64,000 nt of DNA, taken from NCBI GenBank assembly GCA_013265495.1, contig MU058687.1, positions 1 to 64,000 of the forward strand, given 5' to 3'. Under the pieces are notes generated by a model. That model did not search any database. It saw only the letters and a list, made by a program, of their open reading frames with translations, and was not told the origin of the DNA. The stretch comes from Vicugna vicugna (taxonomy: Eukaryota). A program made the translations under genes and the position numbers. This document shows, in pieces, positions 11,201 through 24,183 of the stretch (its first letter is position 1; the number at the start of each line of letters is the position of its first letter).

Positions 11201-14200
11201 CATATATGCAACCAACATGGGGTCAACCGAAATACATAAAACAAATACTAACAGACATAAAGGGAGAAACTGATGGGAATACAATAATAGTAGGAGACTT
11301 TAACACCCCACTAACAGCAATGGATAGGTCTTCTGGACAGAGTCAACAAGGCAACAGAGATGCTAAATGATACAACAGAACAGTTAGGTTTAATTTATAT
11401 TCTCAGGACATTACCCGCCCTCCCCCCCCAAAAAACCAAAATATACATACTTTTCAAGTGCACATGGAACATCCTCTAGAATAGACCACATACTTGGACA
11501 CAGAACAAGCCTCAACAAATTGAAGAGGATAGAAATTATTTCAAGCATCTTTTCTGACCACAATGGCATGAAACTAGAAAACAACCACAGAAAGAGAAAT
11601 GAGAAAAAAAAATGACTGCATGGAGACTAAACAACATGCCACTAAAAAGCCAATGGGTTAACAATGAAATCAAAGAGGAAATTAAAAAAATACCTTGAGA
11701 CAAATGATAATAACACAACCACACAAAATCTATGGGATGCAGCAAAAGCAGTCCTAATAGGGAAGTTCATAGCAATACAGGCCCGTCTCAAAAGACAACA
11801 AAAACCTCAAACAAACAACCTAACCTACCACCTAAAAGAATTAGAAAAAGATGAACATACAGAACCTACACTCAGCAGAAGGAAAGAAATAATAAATATC
11901 AGAGAAGAAATAAATTAGAGATTTTTTAAAAATTAAAAAAAAAAACAATAAAACCAAGAGCTGTTTTTTTGATAGAATAAACAAATTGACAAATATCTGG
12001 CCAGGCTCGCCAAGAAGAAAAGCAAGACGACCCAAACAAACAAAACAAAACAAAAAAATGAAAGAGGAGAAATAACAAGCCATACCAGAGATATTCAAAA
12101 AACCATAAGAGAGTGCTATGAACAATTACATGCCAACCAAATGGACAACCTAGAAGAAATGGACAAGTTTCTAGAAACATACAGTCCCAAAACTAAATCA
12201 AGAAGAAATAGATAATTTGAGCAGACCAATTACTAGACATGAAATAGAATCTGTAATTTGAAAAAAACAAAACAAAACAAAACAAAAACTCCCTGAAAAT
12301 AAAAGTCCAGGACTGGATGGCTTCACTGGGGAATCCTACCAAACATACAAAGAATTTATACCAATCCTTCTCAAACTCTTCCAAAAGACTGAAGAGGAGT
12401 GAACACTCCCAAACTCATTCTATGACACTGCCATCACCCTGACAGACACTACCAGAAAAGAAAATTACAGGCCAATATCGTTAATGAGTAAAGATACAAA
12501 AATTCTTAACAAAATATTAGCAAACTGAATCCAACAACTACAATCAAGTTGGATTCATCATAGTAACAAGGATGATTCAATATATGCAAATCAACCAATA
12601 TGACACATCACAGAAACAAAAGAAAGGACAAAAGCCACATGATCATCTCAATACATGCAGAAAAAGCATTTGATAAAATTCAACATCCATCCATGATAAA
12701 AAAACTCTTACCAAAGTGGGTATAGAGGGAACATATCTCAACATAAAGTATTGGTGAAAAAAAATCACAGACAACATAATATTCAATGGTGAAAAGTTGA
12801 AAGCCTGCCCACTAAAATCTGGAACAAGACAAGGATGCCCACTCTCACTACCTCTGTTCAACATAGTATTAGATTTAGAGGTCCTACCCACAGCAATCAG
12901 ACAAGAAAAAGAAATAAAAGGGATCAAAATTGGAAGGGAGGTAAAATTGTTACTATATGCAGATGACATGGTACTATATACAGAAAACCCTCAAGACTCC
13001 ACACAAGAGCTGATTAATGGACTCAGCAAGGTAGCAGGCTACAAGATTAACATACAGAAATCAGTGGCATTTACAATGACAGTGACAAGACCATAAACCT
13101 CCTAGAAGAGAACATAGGCAAAACATTGTCTCACATAAATCGTAGCAATGTTTTCCTAGAGCAGTCTAGAAATAAAAGCAAACATAAATAAATGGGACCT
13201 AATCAAACTTACAAGCTTCTGCACAGCAAAGGAAGCCATAAACAAAACGAAGACATTCTATGGACTGTAAGAAAATATTTGCATATAATGCAACTGACAA
13301 GGGCTTAATTTCCAGAACATACAAACAGCTCATTACAACTCAGTAACAAAAAGACAAACAACCTAATCAGAAAATGAGCCGAACACTTAAATAGACATAT
13401 CTCCAAAGAAGACATATATATGGCCAACAGGCACATGAAAAGATGCTCAGTATTACTAATTATCAGAGAAATGTGAATCAAAACCACAGTAAGGTAACAC
13501 CTCACACCAGTCAGAATGGCAATCATTAAAGAGACCACACACGATAAATGCTGGAGAGAGTGTGGAGAAAAAGGAAACCTTCTAGACTTTTGGTGGGAAT
13601 ACAAATTGGTTTAGCCACTATAGAGGACAGTATGGAGGTTCCTTAAAAAACTAAAAATAGACTTACCCTACGGTCCAGCAATCCCACTCCTGGGCATATA
13701 CCCAGAGGAAAATATGATTCAAAAAGACACATGCAGTTCACTGCACCACTATTTACAATAGCCAAGACATGGAAGCAACTTAAATGTCCATCAACTGTCG
13801 AATGGATAAGGAAGTTGTGGTACACACACACATACACACGCATACAATGGAATACCACTCAGCAATAAAAAAAAGAATGAAGTACTGCCATTTGCAGCAA
13901 CACGGATGGACATAAAGATTATCATACTAAGTGAAGTAAATCAAAGAAAGAAAAGTATGATATTTATATGTGAAATTTAAAAAATGATACAAATGAACAT
14001 ATTTACAAAACAGAAACAGACTCCCAGACAAAGAAAACAAACTTACGGTTACCAAAGAGGAAAGGGGAGAAAGGGATAAATCAGAAGTCTGGGATTAGCA
14101 GATACAAACTATTATGTATAAAACAGATAAACAACAAGGTCCTACTGTATAGTACAGGGAAATACATTCAGCATCTTGTATTAACCTATCATGAAAAAGA

Positions 14201-14300
14201 ATATTTATATATGTATAACTGAATCACTATGCTGTACACCAGAAACTAACACAAGATTGTAAATCAACTATACTTCACTAAAAAATAAAATAAACATTTT
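8206..14300 (+). mobile_element. Near full-length decayed L1, antisense to NUMB
   Basis: Starts ggaggaggagttcaagatggc (YY1-type AAGATGGC). GC-rich 5'UTR, ORF1 remnants about 9660-10470, ORF2 remnants from about 10870 including the RT motif LLYADDM (about 12950-12970), 3'UTR and A-rich tail. TSD aagaataataccaagtag (8188-8205) / aaaaatattgccaagtag (14301-14318), 15/18 match. Confidence 0.95.
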
Positions 14301-15199
14301 AAAAATATTGCCAAGTAGAAACATCTCCCTCTGAGGTTGAAAGCACAGCTCTGTGACAATTCTAATAATTCTAAATAATTAAACACTAAATCAAAGTTAA
14401 AACATGTAGCTTCTTTGCCTAACTTTATAATTACTTAAGAGTAAAGTCAAATAAATTTTCATGTCAACTAACTCTTTTTTCCTCTTCAGCCAAAAATTCA
14501 TGCTATCTACACTGCAAGAAGAATGAAGAATTCAAGTAAGAGGAAGTATCTGAAATATCTGAACATGCACATTAGGAAGTCAAAAGAAAACTGAAAACTA
14601 TTGCAAGCCTTAAAGAATACACAGTTTACAGTTAAGTAAAAGGGGGAGCCAAGTCCGATGCAAATATCAAGTACATATTCCATCACAGTAAATATCAAGA
14701 ATAAAATACCCCAACCAATCCCATCCTGCCCCTTGCATCCTCAGAGATTGGTGCAACTCTGGCATAACTCAAAATATTTAGTTAAAGCATGCCGAGGAAA
14801 TTCATTTCATCAGGTACTTAAGGGCTGAATCCAAATTTAGTCCTGGCTGAAACTGTATTGAGCTCAAGAACCAGATGTTTCCAGGTGTGGGAGCATTGCT
14901 CCTGCTCAGCCAGTTGCACTCTCACCTCTGAATGAGATGAGATGCTGCCCTCTGACACATTCTACAAGCAAAGGAAAGGTAGGTCAACACAATTGCTCTC
15001 CAAAGGAAACCAAGTCAACTACCTTGAACTGTGAAAACCAAGTGTGAAATCATTTAGGGCACAATCAGCACCTAAAGAGAAGAGAGAGAAATAGAAAGGA
15101 AAAGATGAATACATCACTTGTGGTAAGGGTGCATACTGATTCTCGTTCTTCCGTCAACTCTATGTGTGGGGGTAAGGGGGAGTCACCATCAAAAATGTT

Positions 15200-15720
15200 T
15201 TAAATTCACTGTTGCATAGAAACACTTACATACGTGCACCTGAAGACATAAGCAAGAATATATTTGTAATACCAACAATATGGGGGAAAACATGTCCATC
15301 TTCAGGAGAAAAGATAAATTATATGATATAGTCATACAATTAATACATATATCTGAGGAAATGAACCACTTTTACACAAATTTACATAGATGAATCTTTA
15401 AAAATACAATGTTGATTAGCCAAAGCAAGTAAGAATATACATACAGTATGGTTCCATTTTTATAGTTAAAAAATAAGCAAAACTAAACATATTTTTGAAA
15501 TACATACAAAATGTAGTAAACTTCAAAAAAAAACGAAGGGAACAATAAGTAAACAAAACCAAACAAAATTCCGAATATTTTCATCCCTTGTGGAAAGACA
15601 GGTGGATGGAAATCAAGGATAAATATACCAACAACACTTGTGATGTTTTATTTCTTAAGCTTGGGTGGTGGGCTCACAGGTATTGGTTTTTTATATGCTT
15701 CATTACTTACATATACAGTA
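15200..15720 (+). mobile_element. Highly decayed L1ME-like 3'UTR fragment
   Basis: atagatgaatctt...atacatacagtatggttccattt...gttttatttcttaagcttgggtggtggg. Confidence 0.55.
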
Positions 15721-15889
15721 CCATATTCTTGTCTATATATCAAATAGTTCGTAACAGGAAGGAAAAACAGAAAAGGAAGGGAAAGGGAAAAAAAGGAAAG
15801 GAAAGGGACGAAGACAAGGACAGACATCAACAATGTAGGTCAACACAGACCTCCTATCTCCCTGGAAAGGTCACACAGACTTCCATTAA

Positions 15890-16612
15890 ATATAGGCTGC
15901 ATCTTGAATCCCCACTAAAACAGAAGTTTTTTTGAGACCATAAATCTAAAGAGAAATGCAAATTGGTAACTTACCTATCCTTGGTTTTTAAAAATTAAGA
16001 TAATGCCTAATAATAAGAGGGAAAAAAGTAATTTTAATAAAATATTTTAATACGTAAATGCTCAGGTATAATCTTCCTAGAATTCACATTAATAAGGAAA
16101 CAGACACTTGCGCCCACACATAGAAATGCCATGAATGTGACAGCTACAAATGAAAACTGACACTAATGAGTTGTGTTGGGAAATCAAATACCACAAGGGG
16201 CAATGCCACTGGTAATACGGTTTTCTCAATAACAACTCTTGTTATAGTTCTGAACAAAACAAAGTACAACTTGCCCTTGGTTTACTCAGTAGTTACATTC
16301 CTGGAAAATGCAGTGTCTATTAAAACCATGCAAAAAAAAAAAAAAAAACCACTTTGTGTTTAAATGTAAAACAGAATTAGGATCAGGTAAGTACAAACAG
16401 GTTTTTCACCTATAAGAAGGTCTGGAGAAATGTTCAAAAGTCATGCAGAACTGTCTCAGACTTGTGGGATGTATGGCATTCCTGCCTCTCACTCACCGAA
16501 TTCCAACGCTGCTACATTCACCCTACTCTTATCATTGTGGAGACCAAAAGTGCACCCTCAAAGAACTAAGCATATCACAGGGGAGGTACTGACCAACCCC
16601 ACTGAGAACCAG
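15890..16612. mobile_element. Old DNA-transposon remnants (hAT-Charlie/MER20-like at the right end)
   Basis: The right end ...accccactgagaaccag resembles a Charlie-type terminus; the internal assignment is uncertain. Confidence 0.35.
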
Positions 16613-16969
16613 TAACGTCAAGAAGGCTAAGTCCCAGTGTGGCTCCAGATAGCCCTTATTTTTCATGACACTATGAAGCTGAATGTAATGATAAAGCCTA
16701 ACTAATTTCCAACTTTGGCAAAAGAGGAATCCTTATAAAGTGGAGAAATTTATTGTTAGGGAAAATACAAAGGCAGACAAAAAATCTAAGGATATTCACC
16801 CTAAGTGAAACTGACACATCAAACCAAAGGTGGGCAGTCTTTTCATCCATATGATGACAATCTGTGAGGACAGCACTGCTATTTTGCCAAAATACAACAA
16901 ATACCCCAACTGAGAAACACTGTCACATGCAAAGAGTATGTTATAGTTCAAAACATTTTCGTTTAATTT

Positions 16970-17130
16970 TAATATTTATAGCAATTGTATGAGACAGATA
17001 TTATTCCTTTCAAATTACTTACAAGGAAAAAAAATCTCAAAAAGGTCAAAGTCACAGAGCTGGTAAACTGACAGAGGCAGGACATCAAGTCCTCTAATTT
17101 CAAATCCTGTGTTCTTTCCATCAAACTATA
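16970..17130 (-). mobile_element. MIR remnant
   Basis: attattcctttc...aaggtcaaagtcacagagctggtaaactgacagaggcaggac core. Confidence 0.6.
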
Positions 17131-17342
17131 TACTGCTTCACAAAGGTCTAATGTGGCAATACAGGTCAAAGGAAATTCACCAGCCAGTATAATAGAAGTG
17201 TCAATGGCAAAAGCTCAATATAAAGCCTCAATCTATTTTGATGTACGACAATTGTATTTATACTACGTACATCAGTTATTTTTCAATATGAGAATTTTTT
17301 AAACATTAACACAGTCTTGTGTCATACTGAAAAAGAGAAAAA

Positions 17343-17512
17343 GGAGAGGAGGATATTGATCAGTGGTAGAGCACATAATTAACATGCATGAGGTTCTGGG
17401 TTCAATCCCCAGTACCTCCATTAAAACAAAGAAACAAACAAACAAACCTAATTACCTACCCCCCCCAAAAACCAAAATTTTAATATATATTAACAAAAAC
17501 AAAAAAAGAAAA
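17343..17512 (+). mobile_element. Vic-1-like tRNA-derived SINE
   Basis: A-box (tcagtggtagagc), B-box (ggttcaatccc), cctaattacct body and A-rich tail. Confidence 0.85.
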
Positions 17513-18845
17513 ATATTGAAAAGGAAAAAAGCAAAATTTTAGCAGTTACCGTGACATATAATGTCTAATTATTTCCTAACACAAGAAAGATTCTGGATCA
17601 GAATTATAATGAATCTTCTACTTAATCAAATATTTCAGAATCACACCACAGTTTCTGACAAAGAGACTTGTTAAGTCTTTTAAAAAACCTTTTAGTTTGG
17701 GGAGAAATGCATAACCACCAAGAACTTGATAAGATCTTAGCTTAACCAAAGTACTGCAAATGTAATCACTAGACAAGATTAGTCCTCCTCGAAACACATA
17801 TCTAAAGTTCACCTGAGAATGACTACATGATGGGCTGGCATACTGAATTAGTTCTCATTCGTGACTGGTAGATTAACTTTAAAACTCTAAGTGGTATCGT
17901 GCCATGTTTCTTACTTGATACTACACTTTCATGGTTTCAAACACCTAGATGCACACAAGAGTTTACAACATAAGACAAAAATAAAAGCAAAGGCTTATTC
18001 AGGGCTTGATGTAAGAGGAAAAAGGAAATAGTGTGTCTTATTATTCTAGCTAAGGAAATAAGGAAGTAAGATCATTTATCAGCAAGCAAAATCTGAGACA
18101 CATTGCTAAAGGACAGAATAATATACTTGGGCCTCCCTTAAAAATAGTAGTAGATGATAATCTGTAAGACTCATCCCTCCATTAATTCAAACCCAAGATG
18201 CAAGAAAAAAGAATAATCTGACATTTCTATTTCAAAAGAAAAAAATTTTAATTTATGCTTCTGAATTCATGGGTAAAGTTTAAGTGACTAGAGTAAAGGC
18301 TTTAGGGGTTACAATATGCAAGTGTATCAGTTCTCATCTAAACACACAAACTGGAAATCTGTCTTAACAATATTTTATCCCTCTTTTTTATTTCTCTCTC
18401 CTAAAGAGGATCTCTACCTCAATCATAATTATGGTTGTGGAAGCCAGTACCTCCATCTCAAAACTACCCTTTTTCATCCCTCAGGCACACTTTAACATTC
18501 CATTTTCCTAAAATTTACTCCATTACAACTTCCATAATCTCTATGATATCTACACATACTGCATTGACTTTTTTGATTAGTAGCTAATGGAAAGTACGTG
18601 CAATAGAGCTTAAAAGAATATCAGTTACCCGAACACCACAAATACAAAGAATAAAGCACTTCAGCACTTCATTACATTGAAAAAAATTTTTGCAATTCAT
18701 CCTGAAAAACCTCCAAATCAAGGTTGCTAGGGCATAGATTAAAATTCATTTTAAATGTCTCAGCCAAAAGCCTCAAAACATGCCATAATCTCCAGACACA
18801 TTTGCAGAAATTTCAAATAATGACTGACAAGTGTTTTGGGGTCAC

Positions 18846-18903
18846 TATATATATATATATATAGATAGATAGATATATAGATATAGATATAGATATAGAT
18901 ATA
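18846..18903. repeat. Compound (TA)n/(GATA)n/(GATATA)n microsatellite
   Basis: Direct reading. Confidence 0.95.
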
Positions 18904-19694
18904 GCTAGCTGTCTAAACACAGAAACCAACAAGGAATTCAAGGATTCACTTGAAAATACAATAGCTCCCATATAAGGAGAACTGACTTTATGCTAGATAT
19001 TGTTATAATGTCATCAACACAAAGAAACACTAAGAAGTAGGGGCTATAATTCCAATTTTTACTGTAAGAAACCATGGTTGTGAAAGATCAGAAAGGCTTC
19101 TAATCAAGATGGTACAGTAAATTCACACAATTAACAATATATAAATGTATCAAATATATACACAAACAATGCATAGCTGGCTCAAAAAATAATATAAATA
19201 TCTCTCTGGCAGTGAAAATAAGGAACATAAATGCAAAAAGTATGTGGTGCTGAAGCCAGGGGCCCACTAGGCTCCTGGTACAGAAACAGGCAGTGGCAGG
19301 CTTCCCTGGAAAAAAGGGACTAAAAGTGCTCCATATGAGACAGAGAACTTAGAAGACTTATCAGAGCTCGATCATAGCTAGGGCTGGGTAGGGCTCCCTT
19401 ATAAGGAAAACAACTTGTCAACTCTGCCTGGGGCTATGGCTTACAGGAAATAACTCCCAGGAAGGCTGCAGGATACAGACAGCTTCAAAACCAAGAAAGA
19501 AACCAGGCCACCTGCTGTATCTGTGACTGGGTCTGCAATATCCACAATATCACCATATCTCTGAGGGGCAGGAACTCTAAGTCTGGTTCTAGAACTGGGG
19601 TCCAGCGGCAAGTGTGAAACTCCTATACAAGGAGGAAGGTGAACATAAGAGGGACAGTGAAAGTCGAGTCCTATGAATAGAAGGCCACTAAAGC

Positions 19695-19872
19695 AACAAG
19701 TTTATACTCTATAGCACAAGGAACTATATTCAATACCTTGTAGTAACTTATGGTGAAAAAGAATATGAAAATGAATGTATGTATGTTCCTATATGACTGA
19801 AGTATTGTGCTGTACACCAGAAACTGACACAACATTGTAAACAGACTATACTTCAATAAAAATTTTTTAAAA
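19695..19872 (+). mobile_element. Short L1 3' tail
   Basis: L1 tail sequence ending cttcaataaa. TSD agaaggccactaaagc (19679-19694) / agaagacaactaaagc (19873-19888). Confidence 0.88.
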
Positions 19873-20498
19873 AGAAGACAACTAAAGCTGCTATTATATT
19901 CTGAATGACATTCTATTATCTATTTCCTGAATGTATAATTATTTAGTCTGTTTCTAGTGCTTTCTCCTATCTTCTCAGTGTTTATAAAAGAAATCCTCAT
20001 TACTTATGGTAACCAGAAAGAACCTAAACTCTTAAACCTTTCTACCTTCCCAACAAACCAATAATCATAATAATCTGAAAAGATTTTTTTTAATGCAATG
20101 AAGTTACAAAAGCTTATTTCTAACTGGCAGCCTCTGACAACTCCAAAACCTAGCATCCAGTTTTCCACGGTTAAAGCAAAGTGTCTTTATAACTTGTTGA
20201 CTACGTCTAAGCAAACTCTAAGTGATGTAGTATCTCTCAAATTTAGCCTTCCTATTATCAACCAGACACAGGACTTTCCTACCACCAGGAAGGGAGTGGT
20301 TTCCAGCTTTAGGAAGACACAATTGAAAGGTTCTGAAAAGGAATTAAAAATAGTCTGTAGAAAGAATAACTTAAAATAAAAAGTGTGTTTTAGAAAAACA
20401 AACAACAAATTAGGACTCTATCACTTAAATTCTAGAACTAGCTCTGCCACTAATTAGCTGTGTGTAACTTTAGCTAACCTAACCCAGGCTTCAGGTTC

Positions 20499-20685
20499 TT
20501 TTTTTTTTTTTTTAACATTTTTTATTGATTTATAATAATTTTACAATGTTGTGTCAAATTCCAGTGTAGAGCACAATTTTTCAGTTATACATGAACATAC
20601 ATATATTCATTGTCACATTTTTTTCTCTGTGAGCTACCATAAGATCTTGCATATATTTCCCTGTGCTATACAGTAGAATCTTGTT
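20499..20685 (-). mobile_element. Young short L1 3' tail inserted into a MIR
   Basis: Poly(T) plus the reverse complement of the tail seen at 34250-34431. Perfect 13-bp TSD aggcttcaggttc (20486-20498 / 20686-20698). Confidence 0.93.
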
Positions 20686-21008
20686 AGGCTTCAGGTTCAT
20701 CTGTAAAACAAGGACACTGTATAAGTCTCTTGGGCTTTACTAACTAACATTGTAACAGTCTTTTAAATATATGATAAGAATGTTTGCTAAATGTAGACAA
20801 ATTCAGCATTTACTCTTTTTCTGGAGCTTCAAAGAATTTCACAAATGCCAATGATGCTTATCCACCACTTTCTCCTCCCAAAAAGTTACATAAGCAAAAT
20901 CTAAAAACAAACAGAATAACATTTTCTTGAAATAGTTTTCCAAAATATTCTTTTATGGTAACATATATACTAGAACGTTAAGTATAATATATATACTAAA
21001 ATTCACTT

Positions 21009-21136
21009 AAAAAATTTTGCCAGGGAGGGGCGGGATTATGTTTGTTCGCCTGTTTATTTAATGGAGGTATCGGGGATTGACCCAGGACGTCATTCATGCT
21101 AGTAAGCACACACTCTACTAGCTATACCTTCCCCCT
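21009..21136 (-). mobile_element. Vic-1-like SINE inserted in an old L1
   Basis: Reverse complement of the SINE body. Perfect TSD ctaaaattcactt (20996-21008 / 21137-21149). Confidence 0.88.
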
Positions 21137-21149
21137 CTAAAATTCACTT

Positions 21150-21680
21150 TTAAGTGTACATTTCTGAGTTTGAAAAACACAGTCATGTAACTACCACCCC
21201 AATCAAGACATAGAACAGATATAGACAATATAGAACACCACAAAAAATTCCTTCCTGCCTTTTGCAGTTAGACGTCCCCCCACACTGCACCCTGGCAACC
21301 ACTAGTCAGTTTTCTGTCCCTTTAGTTTTGCTTATTGGAAAATATCATTAAAATGGAATCATACAGTATGTGGCCTTTTGAAGTCTGGCTTCTTTCACTT
21401 AGCATAATGCATTTGATATCAACCCATGTTGTTGCATGCAATGCCAAACAGTATTCCATTTTATGAATGTACCAAAGTTTATCATTTCACCAGCTGAGGT
21501 ACATTTGGGTTTGTTTCCAGCTTTAGAATTAGCAGATAGGTTTCTATGTGACTGTTAAGTTTTCATTTCACTGGAGTCAATACCAAGTGAAACTACTGGA
21601 TCATTACTGTAACCAGTAAGTCTATGCTTAACTATACATAAGAATCTGCCAAATTGCTTTCCAAAAAGACTATACCAACA
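21150..21680 (-). mobile_element. Old L1 (L1MB/MC-like) 3'UTR, antisense
   Basis: cctggcaaccactagtc, aatggaatcatacagtatgtg, ggcttctttcacttagcataatg. Confidence 0.8.
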
Positions 21681-21970
21681 ATAAATAAGTTTTCTAATGG
21701 TTTCGAAAAGTGAGTTTAGATCTTATGTCACAAATTTCATAGAAAGATCCTAAGTAGATCCAGATATTTATCAGAGAAAATTATTTTCCTGTGTCCAATT
21801 TATAGAAAACAGAAGTTAACACAGAAAGTTGACTTGATAAATATTGATAATGGATAAATACTGATAATGATAAATATCCATACCTATCAAGTAGACAAAA
21901 CAAATTTTAATAGACTTTAAAATATGTCATGTTTGAAATCACACTCATAAGCTCTATAAGTCCTTAACTC

Positions 21971-22000
<30 letters not shown>
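21971..22000. repeat. (TG)n(CG)n alternating purine-pyrimidine tract
   Basis: tgtgtgtgtgtgtgtgtgtgcgcgcgcgca. Confidence 0.95.
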
Positions 22001-22001
<1 letters not shown>

Positions 22002-22462
22002 CACCCACCTGCGTCTGTTTTGCTAGAATGCAGATTTAAACTGTCGATTTAGAATGGAAGATTCCAAGTAGTTAAATCTGCACAAATTCTAGTCACTTGG
22101 TACATAAATGAAAAAGACTTGATCTTTCCAAACTCACTTGTTCAACTGGCCCTCAGAAATAATTCTTAGTTCTTAATGAGACCACCTATTCATGAAACCC
22201 TTCACTTTCTCCCTTCTCCCTATCAATCTCCTAGTTTCACTCTCATTTTTATCCAGTTTATATTTCACAGTCCATCCGTATAATCACTCCTTGAACTCAA
22301 TTCGGTGTTTCCCATGTCTCTCTCTAATACTCTCCTGGCAGAAATCCAGCTAACCTTCTCCATGACTGCAACAGACCAGTGGAATACTGAAGAAAATCAC
22401 ATATCTAGGCAGAATGGTTACTGTCATAAATTCACAATTAACAACCTCAACCATAGCAATAT

Positions 22463-23064
22463 TATTGTCAAACCCAAGTTCATGTGCCTGACACACAGTG
22501 AGGCCAAACAACCTAAAATGTTGGAATTTTGAGCAAAGAAAAGTTTACTGCAAGGCCCAAACAAGGAGAATGGGATGGCTCACGCTCAAAAGGTCCACCC
22601 AAACTCTCCAATGGTTTTCAGGAAAGAATTTTTATAGGCAAAATTGGGGGGAATGCTGCAGGGTGTGTGACCCTTCCCTGACTGGCTGGTGATGAGGTAA
22701 CAGAGGGTGTTCCAGGAATCTCTACTATCAGCCTTGCAGTTCCAACCAGTCTGGGGCCTATGTGCTCAGGTTCTTCCTGAAGTTACCACCCTCCACTTGG
22801 GTGGAGGCCTTAGTTCCTACAGAACTGAGATATGTATCAAATTGTTATGCACATCTCCCTAGGAAGAACCAGGACCCTGCCCCATTGCTGTACTATGGTT
22901 TTTTCTGCATTCTTTCACTCCGCCATTTAGCAACTGTTAGAATTTGTCCTTTGGAGCTCAGGGATGGTCTAGCAGGCTGAAAGCCTTTTTTCTACAAATA
23001 AGAAACAGGGACACAGAAAGGCCTCTGTGCCTGGCAGGGTCCCACAGGGTCCTGCTCAGTTTCA
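22463..23064 (-). mobile_element. Solo LTR, ERV1-like
   Basis: About 600 bp. Minus strand begins TGAAACTGAGCAGGACCCTGTGGG. Apparent 4-bp TSD atat (22459-22462 / 23065-23068). No internal gag/pol sequence. Confidence 0.75.
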
Positions 23065-23639
23065 ATATTGCTCTAAAAGCTCCCTGTAGTTGCTGCTTTA
23101 TACTTTTTCCTCATTCTTAAACATCTCACCTGTCCTCTCCATTTCCTCCCACTTCTTTAAAGCACTTTCATGAAGAAACAGGAAGCCATCAGATGAAAGC
23201 TTCCCATTCTTTCCACAATCAAATCTATAACAACCCCCCAAGCTAAACCAGTCATCTCCTTTTCTCCTACTTTAAAATGAGTAAGCATCTGATTACTATT
23301 AAAGGGCCACCAAAGTATGCTCTTTCTTTTTCACATAAAGATTTGCTTCCTTCCATAACTCTCTCTCTATTATCAATCTTTCCTCCACTAGCCAAGATCA
23401 TTCCTATTATCATATAAAAATGTACCAATATCTCCCATATTTATATGTTTTTAAAAGTATCCCATCATTCCCTACACAGCTATGCTCTACCTCCTCCCCT
23501 ATTTCTCAGTTACCCTTTATAGCCACACTTTTCAAATAAGTATTAGCTCTCAAAGACTCTAATTCTTTATCTTCCACTCACTATTCAACCTGCTCCAAAC
23601 TGGTCCCCCTTCACAAATTCAGTGAAACTGCCCCTTAAA

Positions 23640-24183
23640 CAGACAGTACATTTAAAGGGATAAATGAGGAGAGGGTAAATGGAGAGACTATTTACAAAGG
23701 TATGGGCAGGATTAAGAAGACTTCTCCCCACCTCCCATCCTCTCTCTCTCCACACATATATATACACACACACATATATATATATATATACACACACATA
23801 CACACACCAGAGATTAGCAATCAGGAAGCTATTAACTCCTCTAAACTCACAGAAGGTACAAGGGTACAAACTCTCACCTCTCTGAAGTCTTAGTTTATCA
23901 GAACCAGAAAGACACCTGTACCCACAAGCCTGGCTAGAGAAATACAGCCTTTGCTCAAACGTCAGCCAGGTAGGAAGGAGGAAAGGGAATAAATATCCTA
24001 ATTTCTTTTTCCTTCTGCAGTCCGATCTCCTGCCAATTGTACCTTTACAGGCTAAATGCAACCTAAAGTCAGAAGGCAAAGAAGACGGGGTGATGTAATC
24101 AAGAGAGGGCAGCCTTCTGAGGCACAAAGCAAGGAAAAGGGCAAAAATAAATCTGAAGGGACATTCTGAGAATAACCAACACA
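23640..24183 (-). mobile_element. Old ERVL-type LTR remnant (LTR33-like) containing a (TA)/(CA) microsatellite
   Basis: cagccttctgaggcacaaagcaagg...aatctgaagggaca...gagaataaccaacaca terminus. Confidence 0.5.

Noticed and set aside
15960..15990. Perfect minus-strand donor AG|GTAAGT as evidence of a NUMB exon
   Set aside because: I could not establish a matching acceptor or recognisable exon, and it lies in probable transposon-derived sequence.
19085..19690. Possible third HAL1/L1 5' end (caagatgg motif, moderately GC-rich)
   Set aside because: Too decayed to align by eye with copies A and B, and no ORF1 follows; left unassigned.
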